A DNA stretch of 64,000 nt, taken from positions 17,925,910 through 17,989,909 of the forward strand of contig NC_134031.1 of the NCBI RefSeq assembly GCF_964204645.1. The letters run 5' to 3'. The notes under the pieces are model-generated. The model did no database searches. It saw nothing but the letters and a program-made list of their open reading frames with translations, and had not been told where the DNA came from. This stretch comes from Tubulanus polymorphus. Its lineage: Eukaryota; Animalia; Nemertea. Within the stretch, counting starts at the first letter, position 1. Each line of letters opens with the position of its first letter. Below, in pieces: positions 12,729 to 27,531 of the stretch. Position numbers and translations under genes: made by a program.

Positions 12729-15700
12729 ATGGCAGCATTTGAGGGGTAAGAAAACTGAAGAAAACATCGAATAAAGTCGTCGTTCTTTCATAGTTAGCTT
12801 CGCAGACATCCTTTTTCTGATAAAATAAAGGCTATTTTACACCCTGAATTAAGAAATAAAAGTTCTTTTCGTGCCATTGTAGAATAATCGAGGTTTTAAT
12901 AGCAACAAATTCGATACATATCTTTAGTCTGTGTTTCATACTTTCAATCATTCAAGTCTCTGGTTTTCTCTTGAATTATGAGCGTTACAATTTGAAATAT
13001 TTTACCTTTTTCTCCTTAGGCCTAATAATAATACCTGCAAATAATACTCGTCCCACGAGGTCGAAGGTTTTGCAGTAAACGAAGATATTCTTATACAGGC
13101 TTGCGCCTTCCATCTTTTCTATTAGCCTAATTTACCCAGCATTATTCAACAAAAACTTTTATTTGAATTTTGCAGATCCAATAAAGCTCTCTGGCAGTTC
13201 ATAACTGGTGGTTCAATACTTCGTCCTCAGGTAAATCAAATATTGTTATAACGGAATTAATTCATCGAGGTCTTAGATATATAGACCACCTGGCTCTGCT
13301 GGATATAAGTTCATGTAATATCTTACATATTTTTAGGAACTAGTTCAAGCTGAAATTACTCGAAGTAAAGATAAACTTCTTCAGGGATTACTCGGCTTGA
13401 AAAAATGCAGGTACGTAAGTGAAGACGGATTAAAAATCAAAATCAGGAAGCTGTTAGTTAAATTGTTACTCTATCCATTTAGTGGCACTCCTGGTTCAGC
13501 ATTGAAAGCTCAAAAGAAAATCGACAAAGGTCCGACTTACGAATTTGTTTTGAAATTTAGCAAATTTCTGGTAAGGCCTGAGCTTATAGAATTTATCGAT
13601 GAACTACTGAAGATATTATTTGCAGCATCGAGGAATTTTCTTTTTTTCGTCGCAGGATTTGGATGAAGTTCTCGCTTACGACTTATTTTCGAATTATCTG
13701 GAACACGATTATCGAGGCACTGACGAAGAGTTGGAAAACGCGTTGAAAGATGATCGCTACGGTTACGCATTGTTGCTGAAGCTGCGCGATTACTACTTCA
13801 CGGAACGTCTGTATTTGTTGCTGTGCATTAAACATATACTTAGTCACTGGCAGGACGAGGATCACTATTACAAGGTATCAATTCTTTTTTGCGTAAAAAG
13901 AAACTCTAAAACCTAATGAGCGAAACCTGTGGAGACGAAGTTTAGTCAGTACTTTGAAACTGTCAGAAAATGAATTGTTAAATTATCAACTTTGGGTTTT
14001 GCTCATTAACTCTTGAAATATGGAGAGTAATATAAGTAACTACCAGTCATCTCTAAAACTCGATTAAGTTTTTACCTAAAATCTGTTTCTTTACTATTTT
14101 GATGAATGGTTTATTTAATATTTTAGGCACAATATGTGAAATTTGTTGAATCGGTCACTGAAAATGATGAACTTATTGAAAAGGTAAAGATTTTTTTTGA
14201 GATTAGGTTTTCATAAGTGAATAGCTTTCTAGTACTTATCTATATTTTTCAACGGATTTCAGATAATTGAACAATATACAAATTTTTCCGCTGCCCAGGC
14301 CCCTACTTGGGAAACACATGGACAGGCTATGGTGAGTGCCATATTCATATATTTGGACAACCCCTTTACCCTTCTGTCTAGGGCTTTTGTCTAAAATAAA
14401 GTGTTATATCTTCTTCTTTTGTCTAGTCGGTTCACCAATCAAAGATCTGGATGGTTCAGAATCTTAAAGAACAGGTATTGTTGAGCCCCTGATAAGCAGC
14501 GTTACAAACTCTCTTGGAATTGTCAAATATCTTCATTCATTACGTATTTCAGTGTGAATTGTTAGAGATACTTTTACTGTATTACAAAGATATTCAACAC
14601 GCACCCAAGGATTTATTGAAGATTCTTAAACTGTTCAAGGTTAGGAAATGCACTGATTTTTACTTGTTTTTGATAATATTCATATCAGTACCAGTTATGC
14701 TGATAATAACTCAACGTTTCTGAAAAATTTCAGGCAAATGGTTTTGGAAAACATCAAACAAATAGACATTTAATAGATGAAAATGTGCAGCATTTAGTAA
14801 AACGTGTCGGGTAGGTATTTTATGTAAAACTATGAAGTGTATTGTCGTCAGGATCGAATATTCAAACTATGATTTCTAATTCAGATATTTACAAGTTATG
14901 GTTATCATCGAAGGGTTAGATTTAGAATATCTGTACCAACTCAGCGCTAAAAACAGGTTAGTTATCCTTCGAAATCGATAACCCAATGTCTATGATAGCT
15001 GTCATTGATGCATCTAGAGCTGCCAGCTGTTCCTGATTTTCAGTATTTGTTCGATACAAAATTAATAGAATTATGAAAGATGTTATTGCTTAATTTGAAC
15101 ATTTTCTTTCATATTTCAATGAAATGATACTGAATAAAATTCAATTTGTTACTGATGGTACTTCAGAGGTTGGCAGCCCTAGAAATAGGATGGAATAGGA
15201 TCAAATTTATTTTATGTATTTCAGCGTAAAAGATCATCATATTTTAAAAGCGACGACTGAGTTCCCTGAATTGAACAGCGTGTTCTGTAGCCTCGGTGAC
15301 CAGTCGACTCACGCTCCGTTGTTGTTGGCCTGGACAACAATACGCCACCTGGTGTACGATACAGAAGATGCGTTAGTTACTCGTAAACTGGGTAACACGT
15401 CGTTGCATTTGCGGGTGTTCGACTTTCTACTGAATCTGTTGAAGAGCGAACCATTTTGTGGAAAAGCGGTATGCTAGCCTTTCAAATATTAGCAGGGTCC
15501 CTACAATTCCTTGATTCCTTAAAAACTCCTTTTCTAAACCAAAAATTGTTATAAAGGTGCTTCAAACTCTTTTAATTTGAGTGAAATACTCGAAACTCCT
15601 TCAATTTTGAGAAAAAGGCAATTAGAAATTTTTGTCTATTTTGTAGTTGTACAGTAGACTAAGCTTAAATCGGTAAAGTTGGGAGCAGAATCTTTTTTAC

Positions 15701-18700
15701 CCGATTAGAGAAGATTTTCAAATAAGAAACTGAGTTCAAGGTCGTGTACAGGTTATTGGATTTGCTTACAGCACCACTAAATGAGATAAGCAGTACCTAT
15801 TAAGGAGGAGTCTACTACTGTAATTTGGATATGAAAGTGATGCAGACATTTATTTGAAATTTGAAATTTTCTCCTTTAAAACTCATCGAAAGCTCCTTAT
15901 TTCCAGGAATGACCTGTAGGAACCCTGATTATAGTGAAATTATAGATGTTTACGTGAAAGTTAGTTTTTACACAGTGTAGATTTGATCAAATTGTAGGTG
16001 GTCGCCAGTGTATGTCAGTATATAGTGTATGGTTTGTTGAGCGTAGTACTTACTGTATTTCATGAAGATACATTGGGCGATTCTGAGGTAACGCAGCAAC
16101 TGTTGAAATTGCTTTTGAATTTAGAACTCAAATTCGACGTACTTACTTCAGACCCTGTGTAAATGTGCGCGAATGTTTCAATGACCTCTTATACTGTAGG
16201 GTTTGTATGCTGTTGCTGAAATGGTTCTTAAACGTCCGTTCATCAGTGAAGATATTTGGGAGAAAGTATGTAATAACCCATCTGTACGATATTATCAGTG
16301 CTCGTCTATTATTTTCCATTGAAATGTTTGAACGCCGTTTTCAGGGTTTTGATAAAGGAGTTGGAATGTTGGTGCAGTCGGCGTCGTCTTTGTTTCCTTT
16401 AGAATTTCATAATTTTGTTAATCTATGCACATCGTTAGCCACTAGTGACAAAGAAGGAGCAAATAAGGTAACGATTGAGAAAAGCCACGATATCGATTTG
16501 AACAACTGCTAGTGTATTTTTCACATTTCAGGTGGAATCTTTCCACCCATTTTCAGAGTTTATTTGAAAAGTAAGAAAAAACAATAACAGCTGTTTGATA
16601 ATAAATTGATATTGTGCGTTTCTCTAAACGATATTCAAGACTGGAAACGGTCTCAACTATTAACAATTCTGGTTTTGTTTAACCGATATGGTGTTATCTG
16701 TTCAAGGTTATGAAAATGCTGCGTAAATTGCCGACGTACACGGAATATCTGGAACAGAATAGCGCGCGAGATGTGGAGAATGTAGCGATGGATGATAGCA
16801 CGTGGCAACTGATCAACTCGAAGCGTCTTTACGGTACTAATAAGATAGTCATACCGAAGGGTACATATGGAACAGTCATTTCACACCCAGGTACGACGCG
16901 GATTTTCGAAAATGAAATTTTTTCAATTCGATTTAGTTGTTCTTCACGAGGGTGGCCGCTGACCTGGAAAAGTCGGGGAATTTGACCAATTTTACCAAAA
17001 ACCTGGAAATTCTTTATAATCAATACATGATTCAATGAAAAATCAATGAATTGTATCATTTTAAACCTAGAAATTTATCTAATATCGAATTTTGTGTAAG
17101 CACATGGCAAAATCTGGGTAATCTCGGGGATTTATAAATGGGCGGAAAGTGGTCACCCTGTTCACTGGTACAGTCCTGTAGTTTGAAATAATGAATTTAT
17201 GCAGATCGAGCTCCAGCCATTCAATGGGAATATTCATACGATTGTTTTCAACTGTTACATTGTGAGTGTGAATTACTGTTAGATCAAGTTGCACAAGGGG
17301 CAGGTATGTATTTGTGCGCAGAACTCAAATTACACAATTATCATAGCTGTTTATAAGCGGAGTTAGAGTATAGAAAGTAGTATTCGATGACTCGATGATT
17401 TTTTTTTCAAGGAATGGTTCATGAGAGTTCTGTAATGAAGGTTTTAGACATAGTGAAATTGTTGCACACGTTACTGCAAGCTGACACTTCATTGTTGAAT
17501 GATCTACAGCCATTAACGAGCCTCATTTTTCCTCTAATTCATCGGTAGTACAGAATCTTGAATTTTATGTTAAGTCCTTTTTATGATTGATAAGCCTACC
17601 TGCTTACAATGTCATGGCTTAATTACAGATTTTCATCCCTTGCATCACCACCGTTGGAACTGATCGCAGCTTGTCTTGACGTTCTTGCCAGCTTAGCTAA
17701 TGTCAATCCGAAGAAGGTATTAAAACTACATACATTTCATACCGGTAGTTCTATTACAACATAGACTTGCATCACATATGAAATATCCTATGATATTAGC
17801 TTTGATCTTTCTTTGTCTATATGAGACATTTTCTTACGCTTAGATCTATCATCTTGGATTTCAGATATGGCATAACTTACAACATACAGGATTTCTACCA
17901 TTCCTTACTGAAAATTTCACGAATGTCATGGATGTGGCTAGGTCTGTATCATTCATTATATAAATCTCATTTCATCTTTTTCGTAATCCTTGATATCGGT
18001 ACTAAAAACAGACACTCTTTCAATACAGCGGGAGTGGACTAAATCCTGGCACTTTTGGGCGTCTGCTTTCGAGCTATGAGATCCCGTTAGGAACCTACCC
18101 GGTTACGCTGTCATTTCTCGATTTGGTAGCAAATCTCGTGCAGGTATTCGACAACTTAGTTCCGTAGAGAATTCTTCTTATAATAACTACTGTGAACTTC
18201 ATTCGATCGACGTTATATTGCAGCCGTTGGCTAAAGAGAATATGGGTAATACATTACTGAGCAGTGCTCTGTTTATCGTACGCGAGATCTTCCCGGTTTT
18301 CCAGAAATGGCGATACTATCATATTGGCCGTCGTGAAACTCTAGGTAGGCAATACCGGTTAGATATCCAGGGCTGGGTTTAAACTCAAACGCGAATGAAC
18401 CCAATAGTGTCATTCAGTATATCTGAAAAAAAATAGTTTATATGGTATGACATGTGAAATTATGAATGATTAGATCAATTCTTTAATTCATTGTTGATTC
18501 ATATTTCAGGTCAAAAATGTCTCGATATTTTCCATAAGATTCTCAATATCGGTGGAGAAGACGCTGACAATGAAAACGATAATGGACTCAGCTTGAGAGG
18601 TCTTTGCGTTCACTGTTTGCTGTATACAGAATCGGGGCGAGCACTCTTAGATATTGTAGCTATCGGTGTCGATACCGTAGAGCTCGCGTTATCGCAACAA

Positions 18701-21700
18701 GGAAGGTAATTATCATTCAGAAAAAAATTGAAAATTATATATACATGTTATTAGAAACTGATGCTTAATCGATCTTAATAGATGTAGGACCCAGCTCCAC
18801 CACAGTTGATGGTTAGGTTTGAGTTAAGAGTTGAATTGATAAATTGGAAATGAACTCATTTGGACCTCCCTGCATCAACTCTTGGGGCTAATTCTGTTAA
18901 TGGCTTATCAGTCCAAGACCATCTTAGTTCTTTAGTCAATCTAACAATGACAATTTCTTACCATTAAGGACCACCTGTCTAACAAGTCTCGGCTATGGAT
19001 GCACCCATGATGATAAAGTTTAAACAGCAACTGATGACCAACCGGATTCTGACCCATATCTGACGAAAGACCTGTGATCGTTTTATGACTAATTCATAAT
19101 TCTCTTCCAGTGCTAATGAAGGAATCGGAGTCGATCTGATTCAACAGATACGATTCGGATTCTCGGTGTTGAATCGTCTGCTGTTGCTGCGATCGTCGAG
19201 TTTACCCCCGTCGCCCGTCGAGCAGGCGTTATCGACTCAACCGGCTAACAGATCTCAACCGCACGTTATAGCTACGATCGCTCAATATATCTACCATCGA
19301 CACGATCCACGTCTGCCTGTCCTCTCTACTCTATTATTAAATAGATTAGCTATGGTTAGTTTATTATTTCTCTCAAATATAATTCCATTGGGTTCAACTT
19401 TTCGCTTAGAAAATAGAAATGCCTAGGATTATCGACCAATAACCATTTCCACGTTGAGTAAAGGTAAAAGTTTTGATTCAAACTTATTTGATTGAACTAA
19501 TTTTTACCTCGAGGGTCAATTTCAACCAAGAATTGGGCTAAAACTAGCCTATGAAACTGGTTCTAGGGTTATTCAATTGTGTCACAGATTCTTGCTATCA
19601 AGCAGTTGCGATGCGCTATGAATCTAGTATACGATACAAAATTAGCTGTTTTATTTAGGTTTCACCGATGTCGTTGATGGCGTGTCTCGGAAATGACGCT
19701 TCGAGCATACGCGACATATTTCTATCACGGTTACAGTCGTATACAGAAGTGAGTATCGCCGTATCATTGCTTATGAATGAATCTATCGAATAATCACGTG
19801 TACTGGCACATTTAATTTATGATTTTAGGATATTCGACTGAAGGTCGTGATTTTAGAATTACTGTCGATCTGTGTGGAAACGCAGCCTGGTTTAACGGAA
19901 ATGTTTCTCAATATCAAACTCACCGATAAATCCGACCAGGATAAGATCAGCAAAGATAAAAAACTGTCGGAAACAAAGAGAAAGGTTTGTTTCGTTAATA
20001 ATACGGCATCGGATGTTTTGTGCATCGAAAATCATGGAATCTTTTGTCAGTTTGATAGAATTATGAATAACCTTTTACAGGAGCTCGAACTTGGAAAAGT
20101 TAGTTGTTTAAACGCCGTTCTCGGTTTACTGAAAGAAAATCAGTCTTTGCTGAAAGAAGATGAACAGGTATGGAGAGATTGTGAATGAAATATTAAACCG
20201 AAAAATAATGAAGGACTCATTGCTTTATCCTGCTCTTAAATGACTGTCTTGTTTTAAAGATTGTTGGCCATTGTCCACCGGATCTACTGTGCGCTGTGAT
20301 GGAGTTTATTCACGCTCTTTGGTTCGGTAGAAGAGAGACTGCGATGGCTGTACTCAGAAACAAGTACGTTTTGAATAATACTTACCTTAATTAACACAGT
20401 TCCCCAGTTGTGAGTTAGAATGGGCCTCAGTTAAGATAACTTCATTTTCATAAGTGAGAGTCATGTTAAACCAGAATGACTGAGCTGGGTCACTCATGCT
20501 TTGTTATCTACCAACAATGATGTATTGAATTCGGATTGAAATGTGGTTTTGTTTTTTTGCTGATAGGAATGATTTTTGGGAACACGTTTGCGCGCCTTTG
20601 AGATCGAATTTGCCAGTTCCTGCTGATGTAAGTATCGGTACCAAATGTTTTTTATTTCGAATAATTTTACGAATTTACGAAAATATCCCTAAATCTGTAT
20701 GATCGTTGATTGCAGAATGTTGCCCTAGCCAGTGATGTAAAGACAGCCTCGTACGTTATTCAAATATTAGCTCTTGAACTGTATGGTTTAGGCAGGTAAG
20801 ATACTTCTCTCTTCAAATCCTTCTTCAACAAGCAAAATCTATTCGATCCATTGCTACAAATTTTAACATCTCCTGATGATATTTCAATTCTAGCACGAAA
20901 CTCGATGCCAGTTTGGAGAAGGTCCTGTCGACGATACTTAACGAAAAAAGAATCATGTACTGGTCAGAAGTAAGTTATATATAGAGAAATTGATGTTTTG
21001 CCACATTTATATCGATTGAGATAGTAAATTAATTCCTCGATGAGACTGATTTATGTTTGTTTAAAAACCCAAACTATTAATCCCTCTTCCAGCCAAACTG
21101 GAAGACTGAAGTTAATATTGATATGTTCATTAACCACACTGTGTTAATTTATGCATTGATGCTATGTTTTAATATGTTCGCAGTATATTCGGGACATGTT
21201 GATACTGGAAGGAAAAGTGCAAGAACCGAGAGAGATCGAAACCTCTGAAAGTAGCGTACTTCATTTACTGTACGGATGGCGATGCTTCCTCGTTGTAATG
21301 GCCACATACAAGGTAAAACATTGTTACATCCGTTCAGATTTAATTCTGACTGATTTTGCTTGTTACGGTTTGATCGTATTGTTTTGTAGGGTAACGCCAT
21401 GAAACTTGATGATCTCACAAAGTGTGCTCTGCTGACGCATGTCCTTAAAGGTTTATGCAGCCAGTTCACTCATACCCTCGACAAATTGAAGATGAAAATC
21501 GCGACTGTTGCCAGCAACCTCTACTTCACTTTACTGAGACATTGGATCGGGTATGTTCAATTATGAATACATTAAACAGGCCACTGACCTGGAGAACCTG
21601 GAAACCTCAGGGAATTGGGATAGATTCCTCAGGGAATTTTGTGTTATAACATGAAAATTCAGGGAAAACTCAGGGGTTTTCTAAATGGGTGGAAAGTAGC

Positions 21701-24700
21701 CACCCTGTTAAAACAAATGAATTTTGATATTTTGGCTCTATGACCTTTTCCTTTCTGCAGTTGCTTGAAAGCGTATGATCCTACGGTGGTATTGTTGACT
21801 AATGTTCTTCACGAAATGTCGTCGGACAGTCAGTTGAATCTACCGTCAGTTCAAATCGGAGTACCCGGTTCATTGTTACTCATTCTACAAGATAAAAGCA
21901 CTACAGGAAATAAAGGTAAGTTGTTAGAGATGTCTATTGAAAACAATTGCTGTAAAGGCTTACGATTCTACGCTATAGATTACATGAATGAGTTGAAAAC
22001 TTTCCATGTACAGTCTACCTTTCTTACCAGATGAATAACTGCTTATTTTTATTGGCAGACGTAAGTCGTCAGTGTTTGGATGATGTATTGAATATCATTT
22101 GTCCGATGATTGTCAACGGTGTTCATCAGCTGTATAAAGTTTTGAATTCTCTGAAAAAAGAGAACGAAGGGACTACGGACATGGATTTGCAAATCAAAGT
22201 ATGTGCTGTGAAAAATAGTGCACATCAGTTGTTGAATTTTCAGAATCAAGACTTGGTCATTTTCACATTTCAGCCTCAAGTTCTATTATTGAATGTTTTG
22301 CACGAACTGATTCAAAGCTATGACAATCCACATTCGTGGTTACCCGTTCTACAAAGTACGATGGTGCTGCCAACTTTAGTATCGGCTCTTCAATACTGCA
22401 TTCAGGTATATAAAGTACAATTCACTTTTAAGTAAAAACTACAGTAAATCTAAAGATTGTAGAAATAATTTTGAATGTTAAAAGCCTCAGTCTCTCTTCC
22501 GAGGTTGTTTAGAATTACATTTACCCTTTTTGTGAGATAAAACAAGAAATTGACCATACAAGTCATGCATTATCTATGCTTGCGCAACATATTCTTGTTT
22601 TAGCCTTAGTCTTATCATTTTACCATATAAGAAAAGTTCTGGTTAGATTTTCTATTTCTTGTATCTTCAGGTTAAACAGGGAATTCATTACGTGCAAGGG
22701 ATAGTTACTCTGTTTCACTCTTTGGCAAAAATTCCTCAGGTAAATCTTGAATCGATATCCACCAAACGATTTGATACAATTATTAAGGAGTATCTGTTTG
22801 AGACTCTAATGTTTTATATTTCAGGCAGCTGAAGCTTTAGCCAGTAACAATTTAAGTCAACATCTATGTTTGTGTGTGACACAGTTATACACTAGAGAAC
22901 GTTACCCTTCTGATGACACGACAACAAAGGTAATATTGACAAGTTTATTGATATTCATTTATTACCAAAAATCGATATAAAACAAGATTAAGATTCTTTA
23001 GGTTTAGCTCTCTTGCCGTTTCGAGATACTGATCCCCTGCTGTCAATGATAAGCTTTTGCCGCTCATGTTTCTTATGAGAATCACTTCATCTTTTTCAGA
23101 GTAAACTGGAATCCGATGGTCCTGTATATAACAATCCAACGTGGTTAGGAATCTATCGTTTGATAATCAACCTCGTTTCGCATTTATTAGCAACGTTACG
23201 TTACACTTTCCTACAAGATGCTCTAGACTTCGTCGGGGTTCATCAAGACCGACTATTGCAGGTAAGATTTCTTGAAATCCATAATTTTCTAAGTACCGGT
23301 ATTTAAGGGCCCAGTTTCGTGAAAAAGGAGAAGTTTTGAAATACTTCCAGTCCATTTTGAGCTTTAACTTAGTGGTATTGGTGAAAGTCAGTATCTGTAA
23401 TCGGCATTTTTTTTTGTAAAAGAGTTTAGCTACAGTACAGATGTCACTGGCAGTTCCTCAGTTAATGGAAGCTGAAACTACCTGTCATCTTCTCTATGAA
23501 CTGGCTCATTTCCCTCGCGAATGGCGTCTGCATCTTCCGCATGTATGGGAACCTATGATGGTAAGACTAAAATCGTTGCCAATCTTCTCTGACTGCCTCA
23601 AACTCCCAAACCTTCGGATGAGGATTACTATATATATATATATTCATAATTACAGATTGGAGTGTGTGAACTGATGCAAATGTGTATATCATTGTTCATC
23701 CGGCCTCATTTATTACAACATGTTTTAGAGGTTAGTTTCCTACTCTTACAATTTATTAAATGCTGCTTAGATTGGGCAACTTGAAATTTAGAGAAATGCA
23801 TTGTTTTTCTCCAAGTCAATTTCTTTTGCATTTCATTTTAGAAACATGTAAGCCATGACAGTATTGTCGAGCGCAGCTCGCCGTCTAAATTATCGATGAG
23901 TCAGTTGAGTAGTCGAATACAAACTCAGTCGTCCACCGAGGATATTGATCAACCGTCTAAACAGCTTATCAATGGACAGTATTATCTGCTGCGTATTTTA
24001 TCTCAGGGTTTCTCTTTCCTGCGCAAGTTCTCACCGGATTTATGCGAAATCATCATAGACCAGGTTTGTGTAACTACAGCGGAACCTCGTTTTAATGATT
24101 TAGTTGTTATAACAAACCTAGGATTTCGTCCCAAAGACGACAACATCAATTATTTGCATACTGGATATAAGGAACTATCGGTTACAACGAACAAATTTTC
24201 TGGTCCCCTGCAGTTCGTTGCAACGAGGTTCCACTGTACTTTGCATGCTTAGTTGAATTTGTTAAGGCTGTTTTATCCTGGTACCTTACTTCATACCAGA
24301 ATTAAGATCATCTTACTTGTGTTGTAGAGTATGGATGTTAGTGAATATGAAGCATTGTTAGCGGTGATATTCAGCACGCCGTCGATGGATAAAGGAATAC
24401 CTCTATCGTTTGGTACAGTACTCGCTTGTGTCAATCAAGTTCTCAGATTTTTGACAAAGGTATAAGATAATGAAACGTAACAAATGAATAATGGCTCCCG
24501 AGAAATTTATCGCGTGACTTTAATGTTTCCAGATCGATCAAAAGGCTTCGTCTCCTTCGAGAACAGGCAATAACAATCACGACCTGTCCCCTATTACTAG
24601 GTAAATTTTTGTTCCTTTTATTAGAATTCAATCAATTTTTAATTAATATTTTCATTGAATATATATACAAATACATTGTAGATTGTTTTCAACAAATGAT

Positions 24701-25119
24701 GATTGTTTCCATATGTTTTCAGGACATTACTAATGTTCGTATTAGAGAATGCGTTGGTTGTTATAATGTCGCAGGCGATTAAATATTTGAAAGACGGTAC
24801 GCAATCGCCGAGAGAAAAACAATTTCTGAAACGAGAATTAGGAACTGAATTGGTAAGTTCGAATATGGACTTGATTGTTTTCTGATTGGAAATAACTATT
24901 CAAAACTTGTTTCGCTCTAAAATGTTATCTTTTCTTTTCCACTTTCAGAACTCGTTTTTGCAAAGTTTCATACGATACGTACGGCGTAGTGGTCCTCCGT
25001 CACCAGGTGGCACTGTATTGCTGAACCGATCAATCAGTCAGACCGGTGCGATCGGTTTGAGCGCTGATCAGACATTCTTGAAGTTAGTGGACGCATTTGT
25101 GCAGCAAGTTCTCCGGTGA
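12729..25119 (+). CDS. NUP188: Nucleoporin NUP188, dozens of short exons
   Basis: ATG GCA GCA TTT GAG GG|gt start. Exons give SNKALWQFITGGSILRPQE, YLEHDYRGT, LLKLRDYYFTER, APTWETHG, GFGKHQTNRHL, IYHRHDPRLP, CVETQPGL, LRYTFLQDALDFVGVHQDR and FLKRELGTEL, all matching vertebrate NUP188 motifs in order. Stop at 25119. Confidence 0.95.
13914..14008. mobile_element. Small TIR element (MITE relic)
   Basis: TAATGAGCGAAACC ... GGTTTTGCTCATTA inverted ends inside a NUP188 intron. Confidence 0.45.
15493..15927. mobile_element. hAT-like MITE family A (CAGGGTCCCTAC termini)
   Basis: CAGGGTCCCTAC ... GTAGGAACCCTG. Inverted homolog at 25586-25838 and partial copies at ~3700-3983 and ~8304-8400. No clean TSD. 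Confidence 0.7.
16948..17160. mobile_element. hAT-like MITE family B (CAGGGTGGCCAC termini)
   Basis: GAGGGTGGCCGC ... AAGTGGTCACCCTG. Related pieces at ~6660-6935, 21577-21706, 28991 and 29455-29524. Confidence 0.6.
24077..24236. mobile_element. Tc1/mariner (Tigger-like) MITE
   Basis: TA|CAGCGGAACCTCGTT ... AACGAGGTTCCACTG|TA, with TA duplication. Confidence 0.85.
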
Positions 25120-25585
25120 TCGTGATATTTCTGTGATGATCACAGCATTTCTCGAGTGATCGCAATGATTCACCGATGATCAGACATTCTCTAGTGATTG
25201 TAGTGTCTTCTCAGTGATCAGAGAGATTATTTAGTGATCGCAGTGTCTCATCGGTGATTAAAGAAGATCAGATTGTGAATATTGAAGAACAGTTATTTGT
25301 TTAAACACATGCATTTATGTACAGTACATGCATTTATTGGGTGTGACGATAACTGATCACTTCTTCATAGTAACGTTATGATCAGGTTAAATCATGAGTA
25401 ATGTCAATAATTGTTATCAATAAGCCTGGGGCTACTTTGTATCCTTTAATTTCATACCATTCTTCAAGTGTTTAATACAATAAATAGTTTTGTACATTAT
25501 ATTATCCAATGAGTGTTGTATATTTATCTACAAATGGGTAGCCAGTTTATAACTTAGCATTAAATTAGGTATTTATTTATTATAT

Positions 25586-25838
25586 CAGAGTCCCTACAGA
25601 TCAGTCATTCCTGAATATAAGGAGTTTGAATGGAAAACGTTTCGAATTTCCAGGAATTGTTGCATTGCATGCACATCCCATAAAGTAGACTCCTACAGTA
25701 AATCATTGATTTGATGGTTCCGTAAGCAAACTTATTTTTAAGGCATTTTGCTCAAATTAAAGGAGTTTTCAAGCACCTTTAAATGAATTTTTGGTTTAGA
25801 AGACGTTTTCAAGGAATCAAGGAGTTGTAGGGACCCTG
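25586..25838. mobile_element. hAT-like MITE family A copy
   Basis: CAGAGTCCCTAC ... GTAGGGACCCTG, between the 3' ends of NUP188 and the GPCR. Confidence 0.7.
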
Positions 25839-25851
25839 TGAAATAAGCTTT

Positions 25852-27531
25852 TTATACGGATGTTGGTTCAGGGTAAACCATCTCGCTGCACGCTTTGACA
25901 TCGACCGGTGGCGCGATTATTCTCGCTTCTTTGTTGTTCGGAGTCGCGCGCGAGGATGAACTCGTACCCGTGGACTGCACGTCTCCGCGTTCCATCAACG
26001 TGAATATTCGCCGATTACGCGGTTTCTTCTCGCAGCAAATGAACGCCATGCGAAAACACTTGCGGAAATTCTCGCTGAGAAACGAGTAAACCAGCGGATT
26101 GACGGCGCTGTTCGCGTACGACATGCAATGAGCGAATATCTTAAACACGTAATCGATGATTTGAACTCCGCCGTCAGCTCCCGTCATACCGAAATCATTG
26201 CGTATGTGAACGATATGAATCGGCAACCAGCAAAGACCGAAAATTATAACGACTACAAGGACCATCTTGGCTACCCGTCGCCTCGCTTGGAAAGCTTTCA
26301 ACGCCGCGTGGTTCGACTCTTGAAATGCTGGACTGATGCTCATCCATAAATTCTTTGCCATCAACAGATAGCAGACGACTATGATCGACAGCGGCAGGCA
26401 GTATAGAAGTACAAACACGATGATGGTATACGCTCTGCGTTGAGCCTCGACCGGCCAGTACTCGTGACAGAAATTCTTCTGCCCGCCGTGATCGAATAAG
26501 GCTTTTATTCGCGTGATAATCGCTATCGGCAGAAGTAGCATGAACGCGGCAACCCAAATGATACCGATCACAACTACAGCGCGTTCAAACGTTCTAGAAA
26601 TTAGAAAATCGACCATTTTAACCCGGTTTGGTTTCGATATGTATTTTTAAAAGATTGATATATTCATATGTAAGTTTTGTACCTATAAACTCTTGATCTT
26701 ACTGGAAACACGACCGCATGGTATCGATCTACACCCATTACTGTTAGTGTCATTACACTGACTGCCATTGTCACAACCATCAAATAATTCACAAATTTAC
26801 CTACAAAATTTACTAACATTAACCCCTGTAAATCTAGTATTCCCCTTTCGATTGTTAGAAACTTTGACATTTTAATTCTAAGTAAAGTTAACAATAACCC
26901 CTCATATAGCGCCCAGATCGCTGATTTAGGATCTTAGTGGTGTGGATGGAGTGTATGGCAGTATACCAGGGGTTAATTTTAACTACTTCTAATAAGATGT
27001 AAAAGATGTTCCATTCTCAGAAAAAGCCTTAAGGCAAGGCTGGTGGTTTATCAGAGTTGACTGGTATCCAAAATATTCTATATCTTATAATGATTGACAT
27101 TTGTCAATTGAAACAAATGATTATTCATTGAATTCTATACTGTTTACTAATAACCTGTAGTACTTACACATTTCTTCCCCGAACATCCAGTTCGGGTAGA
27201 TGTACATCCACGTCGTGAATGGTACACAAAACACGAGAAACATCAGATCGGCTATGGCTAAATTCACCAGGTAAAGATTCGTGACGGTCTTCATCGCTCC
27301 GTTTCTGATCACGACGTAAACTACCAGCGTGTTACCGGTCAACCCGACGATGAATATCAATCCGTTTATCAGAGGAACGATAATCGCTTCGGGAAGAACT
27401 GCTCTCTCCGAATATTCGTAATAGTACATGTAAAACTGAGATAAATTCATCAGCTCGCTGCAGTTCGGATCGTAGAACCCGCTGCAGTTAAAATCACTCC
27501 AAAAGTCATCGTCGTAGAGTTCCTCCCCCAT
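25852..27531 (-). CDS. Class A neuropeptide GPCR, kisspeptin/galanin/allatostatin-A receptor family (exons 27531-27168, 26800-26683, 26593-25852)
   Basis: GLTGNTLVVYVV, MKTVTNLYLVNLAIADL, CVPFT, WMFGEEMCKFVNY, VDRYHAVVFP, CWLP, AHCMSYANSAVNPLVY; seven hydrophobic segments; splice phases consistent. Confidence 0.92.
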
